Positions 11,332 through 21,022 of a stretch of 64,000 bases of DNA are shown here, one piece after another. Location: NCBI GenBank assembly GCA_963841435.1, contig CAWJCS010000002.1, positions 896,001 through 960,000 on the forward strand. The letters run 5' to 3'. The position numbers and the translations under genes are program-made. The notes beneath the pieces were generated by a model. It did not search any database. It was not told where the DNA came from and worked only from the letters and a program-made list of their open reading frames with translations. How positions within the stretch are numbered: position 1 is the stretch's first letter; each line of letters begins with the position of its first letter. The DNA comes from an uncultured delta proteobacterium (GTDB lineage Bacteria > Myxococcota_A > Polyangia > Polyangiales > Polyangiaceae).

Positions 11332-13745
11332 CGTCACGCGGCTGGCTCCTCCTAGCCGCCCTGGCAGGCGGCGCACTGCTCATGGTCTGTCAGGTACCGC
11401 GGGGCGTGGTGGCTCCCGATTCGGACCCGAAGCTTGCACGGACGGCCGCGCTCTCGTCGCTGCCGAGCGGCACGCACCCAGCGCCGGCGCCGCCGTCGGG
11501 GATTGGCGAAGAGCGCTTCACGCCGATCGTCACCGAGCCCGCCTTCGCTGCCGTCGCTGCCGCGCTCGAGCAGGGCGACGCCAAGCTCGCGCTCGTCGAG
11601 CTCGACCGCGCCGTCGCCGCGCATCCGCCCGCCGAGGCCGACGCCCCCCGCGTCGCGCTGTTCACGGGGCTCAGCGCCGAGCGTGCCTCCGACGCCGGAC
11701 GCGCGCTCGCCGCTTACGAGCGCGCGGACGTTGCGGGCTATGTGCTCTCCGGTCACGCCAAGGTCGGCAAGTCCCGCGCCCTTTTGGCGCTGGGGCGCTC
11801 GGCGGAGGCGCTCGCCGTTGCCCGGAGCGTTCCCGAGGAGCCGTCGCTTACGAGCGCGCGGCGTCTCGCGCTCGCGGACGCCGCGCTCGGTGTCGGGGAC
11901 CGACCCGCGGCGCTCGCGGCGTTGCGGGCCGAGCTCGCAGCGTCGAGCGGGAAAAGCGGCTGGGGCGTCGCGCTCAGGCTCGCCGAGCTTTCGCTCGCGC
12001 CCGCCAGCGATGGCAAGCCGCCCGAAGCGTCGGCGGTGCTGACGGCGCTGTCGCTGGCGCGTCGCGTGGCTGCAGAAGCTGCCGCGCAGGACGAAACGGC
12101 CCGCCGTGCGACGGACCTCGAGGCGCGGGCTCTCGCGGCGCTGCCGCCCGCGGAGCGGGCCGAGCACTCGACGCCCGGCGTACAAGACGAGATCACTCGC
12201 GTGGAAGTGCTGCTCGACGCGCGGCGGTTCGCCGACGCGCTGTCGGTCGCGGACTCGCTCGCGCAGCGACCGGGCGCCAAGCTCGACGACCGAAGCTTCT
12301 GCCAGCTCGAATCGGCCCGCGCGAAGGCGCTCGCCGGGCGGCGCGACAGGGCAGGGGCGCTCTCGGTGGCCAGCGGCGCGCTCGACCGCTGCAAGGGCGA
12401 CCCGGCGGCGCACGCACGCCTGCTTTTCAACCTCGGGCGCTACGCTGCGGCAGAGGCCCGCTTCACCGATGCCGCTCGCTACTACGGCCGCGTGGAGACC
12501 GAGCACCCCGAGAGTAGCCTGGCCGACGATGCGCGGCTCGCCGCGGCGCTCGCGTACCTCGAGCTCGGCGTCGAGGCGCGCTTTACCGATCTCGTCCAGC
12601 GCTTGCCCGACGACTTCCCCGAGGGAGATATGGTGGCCGAGGGGCTATTTCGCCTCGCGGTGCGGCGCATGGACCGCGGCGACTGGTCCGGCGCAGCTTC
12701 GGTGCTCGAGCGCGCCGTGGGCGTCGTGGGGGACGGGGACGCCGCGCGAGGCGGCGAGCTCGGCGGTCGCGAAAAGTACTTTCTCGCGCGCTGCGAGCTT
12801 CACTTGGGGCAGCGTGACCGGGCGCTCGAGCGCCTCGAAGAGGTCGTCGAAGACCAGCCGCTCTCCTATTACATGCTCCACGCCTACTCCCGGCTGTTGG
12901 CGCTCGATGCCGCGCGCGCCGGGCGCGCGAGAAAGCTCGCGCTGGAGCGTGCGCAGTCGGACGGCCGCCCGCGCGTTCCTCCTCTGCTGCTCGAGGAGCC
13001 GGGCATGCGTCGCGCGCTCGAGCTCTTTCGCGTGGGCGAGACCGCGAGCGCCGTCACCGAGCTCGACGCGCTCGGCCTCACGGGACCGGGGGCGCGGCCC
13101 GAGCTGCTCTGGGCGGTGGCTCGCACCTACACGCGTGCCGGTGCCGACAAGCTCGCCCACGATGTCGTGCGCGCGCGGCTCACCGACTGGCTGGCGCGTT
13201 GGCCCGCCGGAGACTGGGCGGACGCGTGGCGCGTGGCCTTTCCGACGCCCTATCGCGCGATCGTCGAAGGGGCTGCCGCGCGCCAGGGCCTCGATCCGGC
13301 GCTGGTGTTCGCGGTGATCCGCGAGGAATCCGCCTTCGATCCTGGCGCGGAGAGCCCGGCCGACGCTCATGGCCTCATGCAGCTCATCGTCCCGACGGCG
13401 CGCGTCGCGGCGAAAGGCACGGGGCTGCCGCACGATCGGCGTGCCCTAAAGCGGCCCAAGGTGAACGTGGAGCTCGGGTGCCGTACGCTCGCGCGCTACC
13501 TGAAGGCGTTCTCGGCGAACCCGCTTCTGGCCATTCCCGGCTACAATGCGGGTCCCGGGCGCGTGCGTCGCTGGGTCGCGGATCGGCCAAGCGCGGATTT
13601 CGATCTCTGGGTGGAGCTCATCCCGTACCTCGAGACGCGGCGCTACACGAAGCGCGTGCTCGCGAGCCGTGCCGCCTACGCGTTCCTCTATGCAAAGCCC
13701 GGGACCGAGCCGGACCTCACCCTGCCGGAGAAGGTCACGCCGTGA
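11328..13745 (+). CDS. Slt70-like lytic transglycosylase with TPR/helical repeats
   Basis: C-terminal SLT domain: AVIREES (catalytic Glu), AHGLMQL, YNAGPG, IPYLETRRYTKRV. N-terminal signal/TM and long helical repeats. Confidence 0.9.
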   Translation: MTSRGWLLLAALAGGALLMVCQVPRGVVAPDSDPKLARTAALSSLPSGTHPAPAPPSGIGEERFTPIVTEPAFAAVAAALEQGDAKLALVELDRAVAAHPPAEADAPRVALFTGLSAERASDAGRALAAYERADVAGYVLSGHAKVGKSRALLALGRSAEALAVARSVPEEPSLTSARRLALADAALGVGDRPAALAALRAELAASSGKSGWGVALRLAELSLAPASDGKPPEASAVLTALSLARRVAAEAAAQDETARRATDLEARALAALPPAERAEHSTPGVQDEITRVEVLLDARRFADALSVADSLAQRPGAKLDDRSFCQLESARAKALAGRRDRAGALSVASGALDRCKGDPAAHARLLFNLGRYAAAEARFTDAARYYGRVETEHPESSLADDARLAAALAYLELGVEARFTDLVQRLPDDFPEGDMVAEGLFRLAVRRMDRGDWSGAASVLERAVGVVGDGDAARGGELGGREKYFLARCELHLGQRDRALERLEEVVEDQPLSYYMLHAYSRLLALDAARAGRARKLALERAQSDGRPRVPPLLLEEPGMRRALELFRVGETASAVTELDALGLTGPGARPELLWAVARTYTRAGADKLAHDVVRARLTDWLARWPAGDWADAWRVAFPTPYRAIVEGAAARQGLDPALVFAVIREESAFDPGAESPADAHGLMQLIVPTARVAAKGTGLPHDRRALKRPKVNVELGCRTLARYLKAFSANPLLAIPGYNAGPGRVRRWVADRPSADFDLWVELIPYLETRRYTKRVLASRAAYAFLYAKPGTEPDLTLPEKVTP

Positions 13746-13898
13746 GATCGCGCGCGATGCGGCGAGACCTTGCCGCGCGTCGGTGCGCCACAGCCCAATA
13801 AAGCGTCAGGCTCGAGGGGAGGCCCAAGTCGAGGCCCGGGGGGCTCGCGTGGCTGAGCTTTGCGCTAAGGTACGGCCTCACCCGGAAGGAGGCGCCTC

Positions 13899-14463
13899 GT
13901 GGCCGTTTCATCCAGCATGCTTGCGCTGGGCACTCCGCTGCCCGCTTTCGCGCTGCCCGATACCGTCAGCGGGCGCACCGTCTCTTCGAACGACCTCAAG
14001 GGCGTGCCCGCCGTCGTGATGTTCATCTGCAATCATTGTCCGTACGTGAAGCGCATCCAGGCCGGGCTCGTGGAGTTCGGGCGCTACTGCGACGAGCACG
14101 GCGTGCGGATCCTCGCGATCAGCCCCAACGATCCCGAGCAAATACCCCGAGGATGCGCCCGACCAGATGGCGGCCGAGGCAAAGCGCGTCGGCTACTCGT
14201 TTCCGTACCTGTTCGACGAGTCACAGGCCGTCGCCAAGGCCTTCGAGGCCGCGTGCACGCCCGAGCTCTATCTCTTCGATCGCCACGGCAGCCTCGCGTA
14301 CCGGGGGCGTTTCGACGACGCCTCGCCCAAGAATCAAGTGCCGGTCACGGGTCGCGACGCGCGCCTTGCCGTCGAGGCCGTGCTCGCCGGCAAGGCGCCG
14401 AGCGCCGAGCAGATCCCGAGCATCGGCTGCAGTATCAAGTGGAGGCCCGGTAACGAGCCTTGA
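13899..14463 (+). CDS. Thioredoxin-fold AhpC/TSA (PRX-like) protein, apparent +1 frameshift at about 14140-14142
   Basis: MFICNHCPYV in the first frame; YSFPYLFDESQ..ACTPELYLF..YRGRFDD..GCSIKW in the +1 frame. Removing one A gives ..NDPEQYPEDAPDQM.. Confidence 0.85.
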
Positions 14464-15494
14464 GGTGCGCGCCGGGCCGCTTCGCCTCCGCTGCGCTGGC
14501 CGCGCTCGCGGCTCTCGCGCTCTTCCCCCACGCGGCACGCACCGGCCCCCGGCCATTTGCCGTGGTCGATCTCCACGTTGACCTCTCCTACCAGACCAAC
14601 TACGAGGGGCGTTCATTCGCCCGGGCGACCCGGCAGTTTCCCGCAGCGGAGCTCGCACGGGCCGGCGTCGTCGGCGTCGTGCTGCCGCTCTTCGTGCCGC
14701 GTGGCGTGTCGCCCACGGGGCCGCGCAAGGCCGACCTCGAGAGCTCCTACGCGCGCATTTTCGGCGAAATCGCTGCGAGTGATGCCTACGCGCTGCCCGG
14801 TTGTCTGCCGCGCGGCGGTCGCGTGGCGACGTTTCTCGCGCTCGAGGGCGCAGGGCAGCTCGCGGGCGACCCGGATGCATTGACCGCGTGGGCCGCGCGC
14901 GGGCTGAGGTCGCTCGGCCTCGTGCACACCTGGGCGAACGCGCTCGCCTCGTCGTCCGGCGACGGCGTGAAGAAGCCCTTCGGGCTCACCGAGGCCGGGC
15001 GTGCGCTCGTCCGCCGCGCCGAAGCGCTCGGCGTTCCCGTTGACGTTTCTCATGCGTCCGATCGCGCGGCGCGCGACGTGCTCGATCTCGCGGAAGCGAG
15101 CGGCGCCGTGGTCATTGCCACGCACTCCAACGCGCGAGCGCTCGCCGACCATCCGCGCAACCTCGCCGACGCCGAGCTCCGCCGCATCGCGCACACGGGC
15201 GGTGTGGTCGGCGTGAATTTCCATTCGGCGTTCCTCGCGCGTGGTCGCCCCGCGACGCTCGGCGACGTTGTGGCGCAAGTGCGGCATCTGGTGCGCGTCA
15301 TGGGTCCGGAGCACGTTGCCGTCGGCTCGGACTTCGAGGGCGATATTCGCCCACCGCCCGAGCTCTCGGATGTCCGGGGGTACCAGACGCTTGCGGCAGC
15401 GCTCGTCGAGAGCGGGATGACCGAGGGCGAGGTCGAGGGGATCATGGCGAAGAACGCGCTTCGCGTGCTGTGTCGCGCGGGCGGCGAGCTCTGA
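14460..15494 (+). CDS. Membrane dipeptidase (peptidase M19)
   Basis: VDLHVD, LALEGA, VDVSHAS, THSNAR..HPRNL, GGVVGVNF, VAVGSDFEG motifs; signal peptide. Confidence 0.9.
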   Translation: MRCAPGRFASAALAALAALALFPHAARTGPRPFAVVDLHVDLSYQTNYEGRSFARATRQFPAAELARAGVVGVVLPLFVPRGVSPTGPRKADLESSYARIFGEIAASDAYALPGCLPRGGRVATFLALEGAGQLAGDPDALTAWAARGLRSLGLVHTWANALASSSGDGVKKPFGLTEAGRALVRRAEALGVPVDVSHASDRAARDVLDLAEASGAVVIATHSNARALADHPRNLADAELRRIAHTGGVVGVNFHSAFLARGRPATLGDVVAQVRHLVRVMGPEHVAVGSDFEGDIRPPPELSDVRGYQTLAAALVESGMTEGEVEGIMAKNALRVLCRAGGEL

Positions 15495-15660
15495 TAGGCT
15501 CGCTCGCGTGGAACCGGTGCGTGAGACCGCAGCGCGCCCCGCATGGTCGGCGTTCGTGATCGCCGGGTTGCTCGCGAGCGCCTGCTCGCCGCGTTGTCGC
15601 CAGGCTGCCCCGCGCGCGCCGGGCGAGCCCGGCCCCGCACCGTCGGATTGAGAGGGCGCG

Positions 15661-17871
15661 GTGGCGCGCGAAGGCGGCGCAGCGCCCCCGCGCCCGGTGA
15701 CCGATCCGGCGCCGTGGTTGCTCGAGTACCACTCGCCCGCGCGGAGCTGGGAACGCGAGGGGCTGCCCATCGGTAACGGCACGCTCGGCGCCATGGTGCT
15801 CGGGGGGCCAGGCGACGCCGAGCTCGTCTTCAACGTCGGCTCGCTCTGGACCGGCGACGCGAACCCGAGTGGCCAGTTCGACGACGACGGCTTCGGCAAT
15901 TATCAGGCTTTCGGCACGCTCTCGCTCGAGCTCTACGATCTCGCCGCCGCGGGCGACTACACGCGGCGCCTCGACCTTTCTCGTGCCGTCCACACGGCGA
16001 CCTTCATCGGACCCGACGGGACCCGTTACGCCATGGAGGCCCTCGCGAGCGCCCCGGCTCGTGTCATCGCGCTGCGCCTGCGGGCCGATGGTCCCGCCGA
16101 GCTGCGCGGGCGTTTGCGGCTCGTGGGCGCGCACGGCGAGCGGACCCGCAGCCTGCCGCGCGGTCTCGAGCTCGCCGGCAAGCTCACGAACGGCCTCGTC
16201 TACGCCGCGAGGCTCGGCGCGGTCTCGGACGGGCAGCTGCACGAGGTCGGCGACGACCTCACCTTCACGGGTGGCCGCACGCTCACGCTGTACCTCGCCG
16301 CTGACACCGACTACGCACTCGACGCAGCGACGCACTTTCGTGGTGCGCCTCCGGGCCCGCGCATCGGCGACGCGGTGGCGCGCGCCGAGGGCGCCGGCTT
16401 CGATGCCACGTTGCGCGAGCACGTCGTTGACCACGCACGGCTTTTCTCACGCGTTGACGCCGATTTCGGGCGCAGCTCCGGGGAGGTGCGAAGCCTCACG
16501 ACGGACCTGCGCGTGGAGCGCTACACGCCGAATGGTGACCCCGAGCTCCTCGCGACGCTCTTTCACTACGGTCGCTACCTGCTGATCGCTTCGTCGCGCC
16601 CGGGCGGCCTGCCCGCGAACCTGCAGGGCATCTGGAACGAGTCGAATCATCCCCCGTGGCATTGTGACTACCATTCGAACATCAACCTGCAGATGAACTA
16701 CTGGCTCGCCGAGCCGACGAATCTCGCCGAGTGCCACCTGCCGCTGTTCGATCTGCTCGACGCCACGCTGCCGGCGGCGCGCGACGCCACGCGTTCGGCT
16801 TTCGGACCCGATACGAAGGGCTTCACGTACCGGACCTCCCAGAACGTCTTCGGCGGCCAGGGCTGGGAGTGGAACACCCCGGCGGGCGCCTGGTACGCGA
16901 TGCACTACTGGGAGCACTACGCGTTCAGCCTGGATTGCGAGTTCCTCGAGCGCCGTGCCTACCCGTACCTGCGTGAGGCCACGGAGTTCTGGCTCGGCCG
17001 GCTCGTGCGCCGCGACGACGGGAAGCTCGTCGCTCCCGACGGCTGGTCACCCGAGCACGGACCGCGCGAGGACGGCGTCACCTACGACCAGGAGCTCGTG
17101 TGGGAGCTCATGGCCGACACGCTTTCGGCGGCCCGCGCGCTCGGGATCGACGATGCTTTCGTCAGGCGCGTGCGGGCCGCACAGCGCGAGCTCCTCGGCC
17201 CGCGCGTGGGGCGCTTTGGGCAGCTGATGGAATGGACGACCGATCGCGACGATCCCGAAGACCGGCATCGGCACGTCTCGCAGCTCGTGGGCGTGTTCCC
17301 GGGACACCACATCAGTGCTCTGGGCACGAAGGAGCTCGCCAAGGCCGCCGAAGTGTCGTTGCGCGCCCGAGGCGACACGGGTGACTCCCAGCGCTCGTGG
17401 ACCTGGCCCTGGCGCTGCGCGCTCTGGGCGCGGCTCCGCACGCCCGAGTGCCACCGCATGCTCGATGGGTACGTCGCCCACAATCTCCTGCCGAATCTCC
17501 TCGCGACGCATCCGCCCCTGCAGCTCGACGGCAGCTACGGCATCAGCGCGGGCATCGCGGAAATGCTGCTCCAATCGCACGCGGGCGCGCTGGAGCTCCT
17601 GCCCGGCGTCGACCTCTCGCGCTGGCCCTCGGGATCGTTTCGGGGACTTCGTGCTCGCGGTGGATTCGAGGTGGCGGCGCGCTGGTACGCGGGGGCGCTC
17701 GCCGATGCCCAGATCCTGTCCCTCAGGGGCGGCCCCCTCGAGGTGAAGAGCAGCCCGACTCCGACCGGCGTCTCCACGGAGCCAGGCGATGCGGTCGCCG
17801 CGAAGCACACCAAGACCGGGGCCCTGCGCTTCGAAACGAAAGCCGGCGAGCGCTATCGGCTGATTTGGTAG
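15661..17871 (+). CDS. Glycoside hydrolase family 95 (alpha-L-fucosidase-like)
   Basis: LPIGNGTLGAM, SLWTG, YQAFG, YGRYLLIASSR..PANLQGIWN, YHSNINLQMNYW, SPEHG, HRHVSQL, QLDG, EMLLQSH, GLRARGG. The true start may be GTG 15508, across an in-frame TGA. Confidence 0.92.
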   Translation: MAREGGAAPPRPVTDPAPWLLEYHSPARSWEREGLPIGNGTLGAMVLGGPGDAELVFNVGSLWTGDANPSGQFDDDGFGNYQAFGTLSLELYDLAAAGDYTRRLDLSRAVHTATFIGPDGTRYAMEALASAPARVIALRLRADGPAELRGRLRLVGAHGERTRSLPRGLELAGKLTNGLVYAARLGAVSDGQLHEVGDDLTFTGGRTLTLYLAADTDYALDAATHFRGAPPGPRIGDAVARAEGAGFDATLREHVVDHARLFSRVDADFGRSSGEVRSLTTDLRVERYTPNGDPELLATLFHYGRYLLIASSRPGGLPANLQGIWNESNHPPWHCDYHSNINLQMNYWLAEPTNLAECHLPLFDLLDATLPAARDATRSAFGPDTKGFTYRTSQNVFGGQGWEWNTPAGAWYAMHYWEHYAFSLDCEFLERRAYPYLREATEFWLGRLVRRDDGKLVAPDGWSPEHGPREDGVTYDQELVWELMADTLSAARALGIDDAFVRRVRAAQRELLGPRVGRFGQLMEWTTDRDDPEDRHRHVSQLVGVFPGHHISALGTKELAKAAEVSLRARGDTGDSQRSWTWPWRCALWARLRTPECHRMLDGYVAHNLLPNLLATHPPLQLDGSYGISAGIAEMLLQSHAGALELLPGVDLSRWPSGSFRGLRARGGFEVAARWYAGALADAQILSLRGGPLEVKSSPTPTGVSTEPGDAVAAKHTKTGALRFETKAGERYRLIW

Positions 17872-17876
17872 CCGGC

Positions 17877-18755
17877 TCAGAACGAGAGCACGACGTTGGC
17901 GAGCCCCGTGCCGTCGGCCATCGCCTGGTAGACGGGGTCGTCGACGGTCGCGCCGTTGCAGCTGAGGGTCTTCGAGTCGTCGCTCGCGGCGTTGAGCTCG
18001 CAGGTGCTCGGCATGTTTTCGACCGAGACCGTCCCGCCGGCGAGCGCCTGGGCCTGGACGCTGAAGACGCCGTCCGTGGGCAGAAACAGGGTGATCGAGC
18101 CGTTGCCCGTCGAGAACCCGGCGCCCGTCTGGGGCACCGCGGCGTCGATGGTCGCCGTCATGTCACCGTTGTCGCAATGGGCGGAGATCTCGCTCGCCGA
18201 GCCCGTCGCGAGATCGCAGCCGCCGTTCTCGCTCGTCACGAGCACGCCCATGGCGGCCCCCACGAAGTTGACGTTGGTCGAGCCGTTGGTCTGATCGATA
18301 CGCAAGCGCCCGTCGAAGCTCGGGGGCAGCTCGGCGGTGATGTCGGCGCCGAGCGAGGAGGGTGAGCCGCTCGGCCGCGTCACGTCGATGAGCACGTCAC
18401 CGCCGCTCGCGCCGATCGAGCGCTCGAGTGAGGCGAGGTTTTCCGCAGCGATCTCGTCGGGCGTGTCGTAGGCGCGCAGCACGAACGGCTCGAATGTCAC
18501 GACGAACTCGTCGTCCGCCGATCCGGCGATCACGTGGACGTCGCCCTTCGGACTGTCGATGAGCAGATCGCCCGTGCCGTCATAGGGCGCGGAATCCGAC
18601 TCGGCCGGGGAGACGAAGCGCTTGAGCGATTTCAGGCACACCCCCTGGGCTCCCGTGTCCGGGTTGTCGCAATTTTGGGCCTCGCAGCCCGCGAGGGTGC
18701 TGCCGAACAGCATGCAAGCGACGATCGCGCCCGCTCTTCCCGATGTTCCGTGCAT
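17877..18755 (-). CDS. Lipoprotein with DUF4097/adhesin-like beta-strand repeats
   Basis: Lipobox TLAG-C; repeated xTxNGx motifs (QTNGS, SENGG, CDNGD, TGNGS). Confidence 0.6.
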   Translation of the reverse strand: MHGTSGRAGAIVACMLFGSTLAGCEAQNCDNPDTGAQGVCLKSLKRFVSPAESDSAPYDGTGDLLIDSPKGDVHVIAGSADDEFVVTFEPFVLRAYDTPDEIAAENLASLERSIGASGGDVLIDVTRPSGSPSSLGADITAELPPSFDGRLRIDQTNGSTNVNFVGAAMGVLVTSENGGCDLATGSASEISAHCDNGDMTATIDAAVPQTGAGFSTGNGSITLFLPTDGVFSVQAQALAGGTVSVENMPSTCELNAASDDSKTLSCNGATVDDPVYQAMADGTGLANVVLSF

Positions 18756-18870
18756 GGCTCCTACCTTCCTCCGATTTACGAAAGCGAACCCCCCGATCTT
18801 CCTCCAATCGCGCGCCGCGGGAAAGTGCGCGTAGCCGCCGAAAGCCTGCGATGGTAGCCCCTTTGCCTAC

Positions 18871-19410
18871 ATGTCACCCCTCGACGCTCGCTGTCTCGAG
18901 GCGTTTCCCGCCTGGCTCAAGGGGCTCGGCGACGACGCCAGGAAACTCGCCGCGCTGCTCGACGACGCCGCCCTGCCCGAGGGCGCGCGCCGTGGCGCGG
19001 CGGCCGCGCTCAACTACCTCTTCAAATCGCTCGATCTCATTCCCGACGGACTCGAAGACCTCGGATTCGTTGACGATGCGTTCGTGTTTCGCGTGGCAGC
19101 CGCGTCCGTGGGCGCGGCCGACGGTCGTGCGGACTCGACGGGCACGCTGTCGCGGCTCGCGGGCGACGCCTCGCTCGTCGAAGAGTTCCTCGGGGACGTG
19201 TACCCGAAGCTGGTCGCCTACGTGGGCGAGCTCCAGGGCGCCAAGGTGCGCGGCCGGTCTCCGACGGAGCTCGTCACCGACGAAAGCATGCGGGGAGAGC
19301 TGCTACGCGAGGTGCGAGCCTTTGCGGATGGGTACCAGTCGCCCGCCTTCTTGCGCGACGAGAAGAACCTCGTGAAGCTGCGCTCGTTCCTCGCCACCAA
19401 GCTGAAGTGA
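18871..19410 (+). CDS. YkvA/DUF1232 family protein
   Basis: ALNYLFKSLDLIPD..LGFVDDA signature. Confidence 0.75.
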   Translation: MSPLDARCLEAFPAWLKGLGDDARKLAALLDDAALPEGARRGAAAALNYLFKSLDLIPDGLEDLGFVDDAFVFRVAAASVGAADGRADSTGTLSRLAGDASLVEEFLGDVYPKLVAYVGELQGAKVRGRSPTELVTDESMRGELLREVRAFADGYQSPAFLRDEKNLVKLRSFLATKLK

Positions 19411-19434
19411 GTCGGGCTCGGGGCGCGGCGTGGC

Positions 19435-20520
19435 TCACGCCGCGACGCCGAGGGAGCGCGCCGCCGCTCGCGCCCGCTCGCTCTGCGGGTGATAGCGGTC
19501 GAGCTTCGGCGGCGCGTCGCGCGGTGGCAGGGGAAGCCCGAGGCTGATGGCGTCGAGGTCGACGAGGAGCTCGGCCATGTCCTGGTAGCGCAGGGCCGGA
19601 TCCTTTTTCGTCGCGCGCACCACGACGGCGTCGAGGCGCGGATCGAGCCGGTTGACGAGCCAGGAGGGCGGCGGGACGGGCGAGTTGAGCTGGTGGCGCA
19701 ACAGCGTCGTCCCGAGATCGAGATCGAACGGGAGCTGCCCCGTGAGCAGCCGGAACAAGACGACACCGAGCGCGTACACGTCCGTGCGCGAATCGACGGG
19801 GTCGCCCACGATCTGCTCGGGGGCCATGTATTTTGCCGTTCCCCGCAAGAGAAGCGGACCGTCGGTCGTCTCGGCGGGCTCGGCGTGAGCGACCCACGCG
19901 AGGTCGAAATCGAGGATCTTGAGGGTTCGGACGCGATGCGCCTCGACGGCGAACAGATTCTCGGGTTTAACGTCGGCGTGCACGATGCCCGAGCCGTGAG
20001 CGGCATGGAGCCCGCGTGCCGCGCCGCGCGCCAGCGTCACGACGAGGTCTCCCGGTAGGCGCTCGCGTAGCGCGAGCATGGCGTTGAGCGGCTCGCCGCG
20101 CAAAAGCTCCATCACGGCGAACGGTCTTTCGCCCTCCGGCTCGTGCACGGCGAACACGCGCACGACGTTCTGGTGCGCGACGGTCATGGCGGCGCGCGCG
20201 CCGACCAGGAAGCAGCGCCTCAGCACTGGGTCCCCCGCGGCCTGCTCGCTCAGGAGCTTCACGGCGCGTTGCTCGCCCGTTGCGAGATCGAAGGCGCGGT
20301 AGATGGTGGCGGTGCCGCCACGGTCGATGGGGCGCTCCAGCGCGTAGCGGCCCACGAGGGCCCGCTGCCCGGGTTTCGGCCCGCGGGTCGTTACCCGCTG
20401 GGCCACGGGCTGCGTGGCGACGGCCGCGCGCGGGGTCGGAGGCGTCGTTTCGTAGATTCGGCGCAGGGCCGCGCGCTTGAGGGCCGCGGGTGGCAGGGGG
20501 TGCGTTGACAGGCGAGCCAT
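19435..20520 (-). CDS. Hanks-type Ser/Thr protein kinase with atypical motifs
   Basis: AVKLL, HADVKPEN, ILDFDLA, GTAKYMAPE, DVYALG. Start ATG 20520 is tentative. Confidence 0.85.
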   Translation of the reverse strand: MARLSTHPLPPAALKRAALRRIYETTPPTPRAAVATQPVAQRVTTRGPKPGQRALVGRYALERPIDRGGTATIYRAFDLATGEQRAVKLLSEQAAGDPVLRRCFLVGARAAMTVAHQNVVRVFAVHEPEGERPFAVMELLRGEPLNAMLALRERLPGDLVVTLARGAARGLHAAHGSGIVHADVKPENLFAVEAHRVRTLKILDFDLAWVAHAEPAETTDGPLLLRGTAKYMAPEQIVGDPVDSRTDVYALGVVLFRLLTGQLPFDLDLGTTLLRHQLNSPVPPPSWLVNRLDPRLDAVVVRATKKDPALRYQDMAELLVDLDAISLGLPLPPRDAPPKLDRYHPQSERARAAARSLGVAA

Positions 20521-20622
20521 CCACCCGCCACATGCCGGATCGGCGCCGATTAACCCGAAATTTTGTCGCGCCGATGGGCTCGCCGGGCCGGGTCGCGTCA
20601 AGAGGGATGCCGGGCGCGCCCA

Positions 20623-21021
20623 TCACCCAAAAGTCGCCACGGACAGCAGATTCTCGACGGTGACCACGGCATCGTCCCCCTCGAGCGCGACCGGCAGCGA
20701 CTCGAGAAACAGGCCCGCGCAGGGCCCCGCCGTGCACTCGCCCGTCGTCGGCAGAAAGAGCGCGCCGTGGTTGCGGCAGAAGATGCGGTCGATATCTGCC
20801 GCATAAAAGTCGCCGAAACCGAGGTCGAGGTTGACGAACCAGTGCGGGCAGACGTTCACGTAGGCAAAGAAGCCGAGCGAATGCCGCAGGATGAAGCCCT
20901 CGAGCTTTTGCCCGCTGCGTTCGAAGGGGAATGCGCGCGAGTCGCCGACGGCCAGGGCGGCCACGCCGGGGAGCCGGATGGTTCGCGGCGGGGCCCCCGG
21001 CGGCACCTCGCCCGAGGTCAC
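20623..21021 (-). CDS. Rieske [2Fe-2S] ferredoxin-like protein
   Basis: YVNVCPH...IFCRNHGALF...GPCAG. GTG start at 21021, adjacent to the upstream kinase stop. Confidence 0.85.
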   Translation of the reverse strand: MTSGEVPPGAPPRTIRLPGVAALAVGDSRAFPFERSGQKLEGFILRHSLGFFAYVNVCPHWFVNLDLGFGDFYAADIDRIFCRNHGALFLPTTGECTAGPCAGLFLESLPVALEGDDAVVTVENLLSVATFG

Positions 21022-21022
21022 G

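Noticed and set aside
15649..15651. Selenocysteine recoding of the in-frame TGA before GH95
   Set aside because: The codon lies in a Pro-rich linker, not at a catalytic Cys position, and I see no convincing SECIS-like hairpin.
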